This document shows, one piece after another, positions 13,695 to 25,400 of a stretch of DNA of 64,000 nt (position 1 is the first letter of the stretch; the number at the start of each line of letters is the position of its first letter). The translations under genes and the position numbers were made by a program. Location of the stretch: positions 6,870,184 to 6,934,183 of the forward strand of contig OZ316895.1 in NCBI GenBank assembly GCA_973895155.1. Reading direction: 5' to 3'. The stretch is from Marsupella aquatica (Eukaryota > Plantae > Marchantiophyta). The notes under the pieces are model-generated. The model was given only the letters and a program-made list of their open reading frames with translations, was not told the DNA's origin and did no database searches.

Positions 13695-14200
13695 TCAATA
13701 TGACGGGAGCACTACAATGAGTGTGACTAAAATGTCACTTCATGTGAATTGCAATTGTGATTTTCCCTCTGCGCGGTATATGCTATATGACGGTAGCACT
13801 ACAATTAGTGTGACTAAAAGTGTGACTTATGTGAACTGCAATTAGAGTGGCACCAAAAATAACATGACTCACACTACTTTGTGTGAGACTGCATACTACT
13901 TTGTGTGAGACTGAAAAATGTAAGGGCTAGGCGATCAGTGTGACTAACACTAATTGTGGTGGACACTGTAGTTGAGGGCATTCAGAACCCGCCAAGTACT
14001 TTAAAGGAGAGCTGTTCGGATAAGGGCTACAATTAGTGTGACTAACATCAATTGCAAGTGGACAGTGTCGTTGAGTACCTTCAGAACCTACCAAGTACTT
14101 TAAAACAGAGCTGTTGGGATGAGGGCTACGCAACTTAGTGTGACAGTGTTATTGAGGACCGTCAGAACCCGCCAAGTACTCTAAAACAGAGCTGTTGGCA
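13695..14200. repeat. Complex repeat cluster, probably a TE subterminal remnant
   Basis: CTACAAT.AGTGTGACTAA recurs ~5 times. TCAGAACC..CCAAGTACT.TAAA..AGAGCTGTT occurs x3 (13982, 14081, 14162). TACTACTTTGTGTGAGACTG-like unit x2. Confidence 0.7.
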
Positions 14201-16561
14201 CCGTTTAATTCTAGCTCCAACTAGTTCCCTCAACACACTTTTTGACACGGAGAGTTGTGGCAAATGAATACCTGAGCTCATTAATTTTGGATGTGAGTAA
14301 ATCGGATTACCGTTTCCCAGAATGACCGTGAAGCTTCTGCGGATGGATGCCCTTAGGAAGGATCGCCGGGTCTGCTCAGTCTTCATGCTTTTGGACCTCA
14401 ACTACAAGAAAGCCCTGGAAAGGTTTGTGAAGTACGAAGTCAATAGAACACATTTTGGTGGTATTGAATCAGGCGTTATGAAGTAGGGACCAGGAAACTA
14501 GGACGAAAAGACATTGGATTTGTTTTTGACGGGATTGAACCATAGCAAGATGACAAGCCGCAACGGTCCACCAAAGTTCTCAAGCAAGTAGAGATCCTCG
14601 TGGCGTTTCCATCAGTGAATTTTTGCCAATTTATACAAGAGATTTGGGCTCTGAACCGACTGTACATATCAAGCAAGGAAAATAGTTTCTCTGAACCAAA
14701 TTCACCACCTCCTTGCTCGCTTGAGATGCTAGTTTGTCGTCAGATTCAAGGGTTACTCTTGAAAGCTCGGAAAATTTAATTGTGTAGAGTAGATGTATTA
14801 AGCAGTCTACTCCCTCGCATAACTCCCATGACAATGACAATTACTTCTGACAAATCTCATGAAAATGATAATGACAATTATTTAGTCTTATGTCCCAAAT
14901 ACTACAAGGTTAAGTATCTTTTGAAGCAAGTTCCAAGATGAACATGGAATAGTATACAGTGATCCATGGAATAGCAAAGTCACATGGAATAGCAAAGTCA
15001 CGTAAAGTGTCAGTCCTGGAGCTGAGACACACGTGTAAGTTTGGCTCTTTAGATGTATATGGGCAATCTGTCGGACAATGTAAATGAAACAAGTCTGAGT
15101 TGAGCTGGACCCTGAATGTATGTTATGACGGGTTCAATTATAAAATAAACCTCGAGAAAACGTGCATCGATTTTGACTGTGAAATGAGTAAGGTGATGAG
15201 ACGAATTAAGAGTGCTCACTTACGACGAAAAATGTTTGACAAAAAGCAAATAGCGACAGAATTGAGCTCTCTCGTACCTTCGCTGCGTCTGTTTTAAAAA
15301 GGCTGCAACCATCTGTGCTATGGGATGGTCTGGCAGAACGTTGCCTATTCGTTGGATTAACCGAACTTCTTGGTTTTTCTCATCCCTAGCGATTGCCTTC
15401 GACGTGTCAAGTCCGTGTCAATCAACGTGTCAAGTCCGTGTGACGAGGCAAGGGCTTTATACTTTGAGAAGTTAATTTAAAAAGAGAATGCATCCAAACG
15501 TGGATGGGTATTTTGAGTGGATCTGCTGTGGTTCGTCGAGTTTCTAGTAGAAGGGAACATAATATTATGTAGATCGCTGACTTCCACTGGATCCTCAATT
15601 TCCTTCGAAAAATCAGTCCCGTCTATGTTCAGCAAGAGATATTTAATGCCTCCTCTATAATTATTGAAAATTCGAGATGGTGAGAGATAGACCCAAATAA
15701 TCAAGAGTCAGGCTGAAGTTGCGAGGGAATAATTATGCAATCGATAATTATGCAATAGGTACACCAATGACAACGGAGCGATTTGCCCAATGGAAGGAAC
15801 AAGAGTTGAACAAAGCCAAAGTCACCTGGCCATGCCAAATAGGAGGAAACAGCCTTAAGTTGTGCCAAGCCCCAATGTCTTGGGTGGATCCACTTACACT
15901 CCTTAATTGGTTCCTCACAATATTTTATTTTTCTCATTTGCAACGATGAGTAACAAGTTACGTAATATGGTGTGTTTTTCGAAGCTGCCTAGCTAGAAAC
16001 AAAACCTAGTAGCTGTAAGAATATGTGTTGCGGCTACAAGTTCTACCATCTGTATGAGGACAACTTATTATTGACAACTCATTTAACGATGAACTCATAA
16101 AGTCAACGAGCAAGAGTGACATTATATCTGCTAATAATTTAAAGTCAAATCTACGATAAGTACGACTGCCTTTAGCAATTAACGTCAAATTTACATTAAA
16201 AAGACTTTCAATTGGTTGAGCGAATCACACTCTCTTCTGCTGTAGCCATGCATGAGAAAATATGGGTACGTGACAGGAGGGTGACTTTATCCGTATCTAA
16301 AACTTTATCCGGTGCAAAGCGACGGCTATTTAATTTCAGCTCAAGCCACTCCATTTCAGAACAGCTAGGGCACCGCTTTTGATAGTCTTGACCACTAGTC
16401 CCCTCGAGACCAGCAGGAGAACCCCAATGACAGAGGTTTGCAATGCAGTCTAAGTAGTGTACAACGATGTGCGTTCCGTTTCTCGCTCTCAACATTACCT
16501 TCAAGACTTTGTACCCAGCAGTTGCTTCCTGCCCTCACACCCGAGATTAAAGCACTTAATC

Positions 16562-19500
16562 ATGGCCTCCGTTAGGTACCGTCTAGTTTTGTTGTCGCTT
16601 CTCGCTTGGCAGTTCTTCGGCATGGAAGCCAAGCTGATGCAAACACAACCCATGGTGGCCTCCACAACAAGTGCCAAGGTAATTAAGATCGATCGAAAAG
16701 TCTTTACCCGTTCCAGGCCATGACGTGCTGATTATGCATGTCATGGAAAAACCATATATCATAGATTCTCAAAACTAGTCAATCACGTTAATTTTGAGTG
16801 CGAGACGCAAAGCCCATCATGTGACCCGGATTAACTCTAGAGAGTACTTAGTAGGCTCGATTCGATGCATTGGTATGCCTCAGACATCTTGATGAAAGTA
16901 CAATTTATAGAATGCGTCTTATAAGTTAGACCTACGTAGTACAAAGCGGCATAAGTATTTTAATGAGAACTGCAGGTGAACACCCGTCCCTGCCAAGCTA
17001 TAGCGGCGAAATGTATCATTCGCGGTCCTGTGTTAGGCAGCTTACATGTCCAGTTATCATTCTGTATGTCTCTTCAAAGCTATAGTGGAGAATATATCAG
17101 TGGACATATACTTATCATTCTAGCTATATGTCCAATTCAATAGTGGCCGCAGTAAGCTTATTTCTCGCATTTGACATATACATATATACAGTCAACCAGT
17201 GGAGCTGTTATTTTTAGCAATCAAGATCGAAGTGCTGCTGTTCGTTGAGCTGACTTCAATTATATATATTCCTGGCTTGTACTCTAGCTAGTACATTGAT
17301 AGTAACCAATAAGTCCAGGTCTTGAAGTGGAAAGTTTTAGTGGAGAACTAAGGGATCAGATGCGCGCTTAGTATAATGTCAGGCTGCTCTTGAAGCTCTA
17401 AGACTGCGTGATTCTCATCCTCGAATGATGTACCAACACGTTGCATACTAGTTAGTGTAGCTGGGCTCGTCATTAATCTGAGGGCCTTTGTCTGTGGCAG
17501 CCTGTGCATATTGTTTATATGGGAGGAATTAGCGACATGACAAGAACGAATCATGAAGATTTCCACAAGGGCATGCTTCAGCAAGCTCTTGGCAGGTGGG
17601 CATCATTGAAGTTAATTTCTAGTCAGGTCCTCGTTACTAGCTATGTCAGATCTAACGTCCTTCAAGGAATACGTGACTAGGAACCTTAACTATTAAAACC
17701 CCTTTGTTCGGCACACATGATTGATCGCCAGAAGAGGAAAATTCTTAATGAGTCGATCTGGGCCTGTTTATCTGCAGTGTGGATGCAGCTTCGAGCTCCC
17801 ATCTGTACAGCTACACTAAGAGCTTTAACGGATTTGCCGCTTCGATCTCGCCGTATCACGCGGATATGATAAGGGGTAACTGACGATGCAGCAGGTTTTT
17901 CCAACGTTGGAGTGCAAATTCAGTATAATTATGACGATTTTAAATTCAGTAGGCTGTATTGCATATGATTGTCATTGAATAGCTGTGGCCAAAATGCTGT
18001 GAGTTTGATTCCAAATCAATAGTTATGTATTAGTATTTTTTAATGGTTGCCGACCATCTGACGTTAATAAATCAAGGTGTCATGTACTCTTACTCTGCCC
18101 ATATTTTGATTCTCTTGTAACGTTTGCCACCTATACAGGAATGGATGGAGTCGTCTCCGTGTTCGAGTCACAAACGAAGCACGTTCTCACGACGCATTCG
18201 TGGGAGTATCTGGGATTAAACCCAACTCAAGGAGTCTGGCTTCAATCAGACTTTGGGAATGGCACCATCGTTGGATTGGTCGATACTGGTACGCAGACTG
18301 ATCCTACTTACTTGATCACGCCGACGCTATTGTTGGTAAGGTTATCAATATTTTGTCTCTTGGAGTCTAGCCACGGTATACAAATCCAGGTTGTCAAACA
18401 TAACCGTCTGCTGCCCCACGATTCTAAAGCGCGCTGTGAACATAATCCTGCATGCGCGCAGGGATCTGGCCCGAGGCAGAGAGCTTCAACGACGACGGGT
18501 TCGGACCTATTCCGTCCAAATGGGGAGGATCATGCGTAAGTGGCGACAATTTCACAGCGGCACTTTGCAATAAGTGAGTACGGTGTCGAATAGATCTCCG
18601 CCTTAATTTGGAACAAAACTCTTGTTCCTTTGCAAGTTTTAGTTTGCGACATAATCTAATGAGTCGAAGCCGTCATTCCGTGCACAGGACGTGTACAATA
18701 AAGACCCTTCATCTGACCGTCAAATAAAAATTTGAGGGTCATCTTTAGACATAGTGGAGTGGATAATTTTAGTGTTTGTGGGTATAGGTTCTCTTCAACA
18801 GATTCTATTGCCATCAGACTTCCAAGCAACTGTTCATGCGAGGGAGATCGATCTCAGCATTCATGGACGTCTTTGTTGAAAATGTGCGCGCAGGAAACTG
18901 ATCGGGGCCAAGTATTACTACAAAGGGTTTGAAGCCAATGGTGGTAGCGTCGCCCCAGGCGAAAAGTCTCCGAGAGACTACGAGGGCCATGGTACACACA
19001 CCTCATCTACCTCCACCGGCAGACAAGTACCCAATGCGAGTGTCAACGGCTTGGCTAACGGCACGGCTTCCGGTGGTGCACCTTCAGCACGAGTTGCGAT
19101 GTACAAAGCCTGCTGGGGTGGTGCATGCTATGATGCAGATATCCTCGCGGCCATGGAGGATGCCATTGCGGACGGGGTTGACGTGCTGTCGCTCTCCCTA
19201 GGTGCTTCACATGCTAGAGACTATATACTTGACGTAATTGCTATCGGCGCATTTCATGCGACGGAAAAAGGAGTCGTCGTAACTTGCGCTGCTGGAAACA
19301 GTGGAGGATATGCATATGCGACAGTCGTAAATTCTGCACCCTGGATATTCACCATCGCTGCAAGTACTCAAAATCGCGTACTCGATCCAGTGCTAGCACT
19401 CTCAAGTGCCGAAGGTCAGGTGCAGCTGGTTATGCAGGTAAGACTGCATTTCACGTTTCAAATTCAATTGAAGAAGAATAAGTACGTAGAATTGAAGAAG

Positions 19501-21800
19501 AATAAAATTCAAACTCAATCTGAAAAACTTTGCTATGCATATGGAGCCGTGTCTTTGATAAATGTACAATTAAATCGATCCTGTCAACCTCGTCGATTTG
19601 ATAGGAACAAATTCTTTAAGCAATATTCCAGATTCTACTTGTGAGGCTATGCGCAGCTGAAGGCCGAAGAGAGTAAGTTCTTACACTGATTTTCTACTTT
19701 GCGTTGCAGGGACTAAACACATTGAACGCATTGGCGACGAATGCGAGTTACCCAATTATCTACACCACGGATATTTTTAATTTGAATGCAAGTGATGCGG
19801 CAGGGAACATTATTGCGATCGAGGCTAGTGGTGTATATTACGATATTGATGCACTGTCTCTAAACGCCACAGGAGTCGTAGCCTTTACTAGCACTGACCA
19901 GTCGGTCCAACTTCTAATACCAGTTTTGCCGTACGTGCAAGTGGACGAGCAGATTGGTACTGAGATCGTGAATTTCATCAACACCACGACGTATGATTTC
20001 ATACCTCAGTTTCCTGAATGAATTGTGCTTACTAATTCATTGAGATTTTGTTGTAGTTGTACGTGCGTTCCCAGGCGATTAGTTGTGACATGATATTTTG
20101 ACGACAAATGAGTTATCAACTTCAGGGTAGTCTTAATGTTGATTTCAGGCGGGATATAAATCATGTCCAAGAGTTGCCCATATTTGGTTGGCAAACACAT
20201 CGACCAGTGACTATGAGCGAGGAAGCTGGCTATTGTTCGTAAGTTCTGAACTGACGGTTCTAAATGAGCCGATCATTTTTGTGGAAACATTCTGAGTGTT
20301 TTCCGTTTGTCTACTGTGCTGTGGGTGCAGAAATGCGAGTGCTTTTATTTCTGTAGCTGATTCCTTTTACAATACTACCCAGACACCTATTAATGCCTGG
20401 TTCTCATCAATTGGTCCTAACGTAATCACACCCCAGATTCTGAAGGTGAGCAACTGGCGCTGACCTTTAATTTTTTAAGTGCAATTTCTAAGGTGACCTT
20501 TATATCCGATGGTTCTGCGCAGGATTTTTGGTTATGGAGTTTCTTAACCTATCTTAGATGATGTGATAACGTTTCTGGGACAATGAGATGGAGTTTCTTA
20601 ACCTATCTTAGATGATGTGATAACGTTTCTGGGACAATGAGTTATTCAATTAAATTGAAGGAAATTTAGCGAACACCTTGGGCCGAGTGTTGTTGCGTTG
20701 GGTTGAAACGAGTTCACCAATACATGGATTCATATTTGCCTGCAGCCGGATATTTCAGCACCCGGTGTGGACATTCTAGCAGCATGGACACCAGCAGATA
20801 TTACCAGCCTAGCCAAGGACTTCAACATTATTTCTGGAACTTCCATGGCCACCCCTCACGCGGCAGGCACTGCTGCACTCGTCAAGTCACTTCACCCCGA
20901 TTGGTCTCCAGCAGCCATCAAGTCAGCCATCATGACCACAGGTACTGTAGGTGGACGCGCAATATTTGGTGGTAGCGCAGAATCTTCGCTCAGAACTTGT
21001 CCAACTAAGAGAAAACACATCATCCCTATGAAGCTAATTAACCGGCGAGTATATGAGGATGTAGCATACCAATATATTGAAAAGCTTAGATCTAGCTCGC
21101 TAGTCAACGTAAACAAAGTTGTGCCAACGCACATGCAGCATATTGTGTATATATAGGAGTTGTTCCGACACCTTCAGAGAAATTCTAATCATATTGAAAC
21201 TCGTCTCCCTGTGCAGCGACACCATTTCGTCCTTTAAACCGTTCTTCCTCCTTCGGGAACCTCACCTTTGCAGGGAACTCTCCAATTGCAACAGGAGTCG
21301 GGCAGATCAATCCCGCCAACGCGGCCGATCCAGGGCTTGTCTTCAATATCACCACAGCCGATTACGTCAATTTCTTATGTGGAATGGGATACAACGCTTC
21401 GTCGGTTAAGCTCATGACTGGAGACAACTCAACATGCACAGAACTTCATTTTACAGCGCTGGACTTGAATTATCCGTCGATATTTCTCAGCAGCAACTTC
21501 ACGGTTGGTGTTCCTCAGATTATCGAAAGGAAAGTAATCAACGTTGGACCCTCGCTGGGACCTGGCCCCATATTGTACAACATTACCGCTGAATCATTTC
21601 CAGTTGAATTGAACGTCACTGTCTATCCGACCGCTCTACAGTTCGCAAGCGTCGACGAGGAGCAGTCTTTCAATGTATCGGTCACAGTGACCGCGCCTCT
21701 TAGTGATTATTATTTCGGCTACTTCACTTTCTCTGACTTTTTAGGGCACGTGGTGACGGTCACCGTTGGTGCGGGGCTACCAGCACCCGCCCCGCAATAG
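16562..21800 (+). CDS. Subtilisin-like serine protease (plant subtilase, S8A), 10 exons, apparently intact
   Basis: Exons 16562-16678, 17501-17595, 17778-17875, 18139-18288, 18462-18573, 18894-19437, 19710-19990, 20331-20445, 20746-20941, 21217-21800. Signal peptide; I9 prodomain ([19 protein letters not shown]); TTHSW mature start; triad VDTG / GHGTHTSST / SGTSMATPH; oxyanion AAGNSG; Fn3-like LNYPS C-terminus. Confidence 0.93.
20534..20641. repeat. Perfect 54-bp tandem duplication in subtilase intron 8
   Basis: ATGGAGTTTCTTAACCTATCTTAGATGATGTGATAACGTTTCTGGGACAATGAG occurs twice in tandem. Confidence 0.9.
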
Positions 21801-23157
21801 AAGGATGATGTACTGAGCTCCTTTGCCCACCCTTCCGTTACTCGAGTCGTCGACGGCTTAGAATTAGCTCCGGACCAACCTAGATTTTTTTCTCCCGGAT
21901 TGGATCGGTGTTTTAATTGTACCGATCCAACGAAGCCTTGCCTCATCGATCTCCGCCTAAATATTTGTTTCTTGTCTACAGTTCCAAGCTAAACAAGCGC
22001 TGCAATAACTGGCGATCAGTAGCTAGAGAAGCTCTTTACACTAGGTATGCTCACCATTTCAGCTGCAAACGTCCCAAACCTCTCTAGCTTCCCGTTACGA
22101 GATACGAGATGAATTACTCCTTGTGTTGCGCCCGAGTACGATGTGGGAGCAAGCAGGCCGCCACTTTATGGGAATTTGCTTTGTTAAGGGTTAATAACAT
22201 GGGCAGTGATAGGCAAGGGGAAACGGTTGCTACGAACAACAAAGTCCTGCAGAAAGTAGTCCCTTCGTCTTATGAAAAAGAAGGGTTTAATAGCAAGAAG
22301 AGTTACCTTGTTAGGGGCTTTTACTCAGATAATTTTTCCTTATAGCGCAGAAGACCAAGAATTTTCCTTTTTCAATATTACCTTGTACGTTCCGGGCATA
22401 AACTGCTCATGTCATTTTGCGGAGTTGCGGCGATTACCAAGAAATAAGTTTTAAATGGCACGTACTGTCAGCAGGGGTCACTACTACTTGGCAGTATTTT
22501 GGATTTCTATATATGACTGGGCCCCTTCAATGTCGCCGTAACATTTGCAACAGCTATTTGCGTCACACCTTCTAGTGCAAAAGTTTGGCGATGTCCCCAA
22601 CAACTGGGTACGGACAATTAGCATCCCCTTATCTGTTCACAAGCTGCAAGCATGGCACCATCACATTCCATTGCAAAAAAGCACAATTTGGATGTGGCCA
22701 ACTGATTTCGGGTTCAGAACACAAATTCTTTGCAGAAACTTCACAATTTCACTTTATGCGATACGCGTACTGTAGGTTCCAAAACACAGAAAAGAATCTG
22801 CAAGTGAAGTAGTAGGAAGACCAAAAATGATGAAACCTTAGCTTTATTTGGTTCAAGTCAAAGTATTGGGAGCACAACAGAGAATTCCGTGTGTTTCAGG
22901 TTGGCTGCCTACTACATTCCATCAACCTATCCTGAACGTATCCTCGAACAGGTTTAGTCGATTATACCTCTCGATGAATTTCCACACCTTAAAAGTAAGC
23001 GGACATGACAAAAATGTTGGAACAATTTGAACTTAAATAGAGATCCAAATGTTTGTCTAAAGATATGCACAAGTCTGCCAAATTCAATGTAAACAGGACA
23101 TTACTATATGCAAGTGGCGAAATGGTAACCCGTAAAAATGACGCTGGAGAGAACTAA

Positions 23158-23925
23158 AGCAGAGTATGCACACAAAACAGGGTTAACGTGGGCTCAAAGA
23201 AACAATTCAATCCTCGGCCCACACTTTTGCCTGTTGCTGCATGCAAAGCGAGGAAGGTGTTTCTTCGTGCTTGCAAGCGATCGATCTGATTCGGGAAATC
23301 AGGGACAACGGCGGAAAAAAGTCTGTATTTGTTGTACGTCCAGGGAGGAATTGCATCGAGGTTGTCTAGTTGGGGGTGAGACGAATGAAGCTAGTGACTT
23401 TGCTCGCGGTATTGGAGGGTTGGAGATCGCATCTGGCAAGCTCGGCAATCTGTTTGGCTGTGTGCCCAACTAAGGTGTGTTGCGGCCGCAGACCTCTGAT
23501 GTCAGTGGGGCCGTGCATGAGCTGCTTCCATTGCCGCACTCTTTCGCGTCCAGGTACATTGTTGTCGGGGTGTCTAAACTGTAGGTCAATTTTAATGGTG
23601 GATATCTCCGCAATTTGTTCATTGTGATGTGGTCATTTCTTGAGACGATTATGCCCACATCTTGGTAATAGGACAAGCTTTCTTGGAAATTGTTACCGGC
23701 ATGGTTCATCCATACCAGCCCTTAGTCGACAGTTTTTTGGCTAGAACGATTCGTAAAGCAAAAAGCAGTGTACTGTGCCTACTTGTTTCGAAAACTATGA
23801 CGGTGAATTTAAGACTGAACTATATTTTTGAAACTGGTGTCTTACCTTGAAATTGCTGTTGGAAATAGTGATAGAAATACACTGCCCCAAAGATGTGTGC
23901 TTCTTTGTGGCAAAATTGACGTGCT
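23158..23925 (+). pseudogene. Truncated duplicate of QCR10 (promoter, exon 1, part of intron)
   Basis: Colinear with ~10896-11325 and ~12197-12580. ATG changed to ATC at 23426, indels and stop in exon 1, ~870 bp of intron missing, exon 2 absent. Homology ends abruptly at ~23925. Confidence 0.9.
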
Positions 23926-24399
23926 CCCATGTGGGACAATCACCCACTTTGATGAGGCTTTCCCCTGCATCTGAACAAAGACGTGGGGAAAAACGCAAAG
24001 TGTGTAAATTGGACAAATTCCTGGCTCTGATTGTGGGGAAAATTCCCACTTGCATCTTTGATGGGTAATACACATTCACTTATGTCAGAACTCCCACACT
24101 CGGATAAGGCTGGGACTTCTCCACATCCCCAGCATTCAAAGCAGGTTTCCATAATGTCATGCTTACGGGAGGTTTGAGGAAGCCCTATGTTGAAGGCTGG
24201 GATTTCAAGATTGTTCAGTCAAGCAATATTGAGAATCCCTATGTAGAATCCAGTTACAAGTTGGCAGACCCTTAAATTTTATGTAAGATTGCGGGGTTTA
24301 TCTTGTTCTCCCACATTTGTTACGGTAATATTGGATTGGACCTTGTTGGGGAATCTGTTTGTTCTTACTTTTAGACAATAACTTTTTATTTCTCACAGT

Positions 24400-25400
24400 G
24401 TGTGTTGGATATTTCCCTGTTATGTGTCTACATACTTTCGTCAACAACCCAGTAGGAATTCGTCAGCAACCAGTGGGAACTTTGCATTTCTCAGAGAGTG
24501 GGTTTCGACATATCCTTGAGGGAATTTCAAATTACTGTCAGAACACAGTACAAACTATGCACTTCTCGGCAGTGTATGTGATATTTCCCTATGAGGCATT
24601 TTAATATCTCTATCTGAAACAACACCACGGGAACTGCCCGTGTGTGTGCTATTTTCCTATAGTTGATTTGGACATTTTCGTCAAAACCCCGGTGGGAATT
24701 CTAATGTCATCAGCGGTGCATTTCATATTTCCCTACTAGGTATTTTAGTATTTTCCTCAACAACCTAATGGGAACTTTGCATTTCTCAGTGTGTTCAGAC
24801 ATTTACTAGGGGGGATTTCATGATTTTTGTCATCAACCCACCGGGAATTATGCACTTCTCAGCTATATATTGATATTTCCTTATTAGGTGAATCAATATC
24901 TGTGTCAACACCTCCATGGGAATTGCTAGTGTGTTTGATGTTCTCCTATGGTGAATTTGAACATTTTGGTCTCAAAACCCAGTGTGAACTTTAATCTTCT
25001 CAGTTACGTGTTTACTATTTCCCTAATAGGCATTTCAATATTTTCCTCAACAACCTCCCGGAAACTTTTCATTTCTCAGACTGTGCTCACCTTCCCTAGT
25101 GGGAAACTCAAGATTTTTGTCATCACCCCACTGGGAATTATATCTTCTTAGCCGTGTATTTGATATTTCCGCAAATCAATGTCTGTCAACAACCCCGCGG
25201 GAATTGCCAGTGTTTGATATTTTCCTGTTGTAGATTTGAACATTTTAGTCAAAACCCCATGGGAATTTTAATCTGCTCAGCTAAGGTTTTTATGTTTCCC
25301 TACTAGGCAAATCAATATTTTCCTCAAGAACACAATGGGAACTTTGCATTTCTCAGAGGGTGCGTTTTGACATTTCACCACAAGGAATTTCAATATTTTC
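24400..25400. repeat. Higher-order repeat array (~60-bp monomers in ~290-bp units), like the subterminal repeats of a TIR transposon
   Basis: TGGGAACTTTGCATTTCTCAG at ~24474, 24769, (25059), 25336. GGGAA(C/T)TGC...GTG at ~24629, 24918, 25199. Repeated ATATTTCCCTA and CAACCC.GGGAATT motifs. Confidence 0.75.

Noticed and set aside
13695-14200. Repeat-spacer-like pattern resembling a CRISPR array
   Set aside because: Eukaryotic context, degenerate repeats, the 'spacers' are similar to each other, and there are no cas genes.
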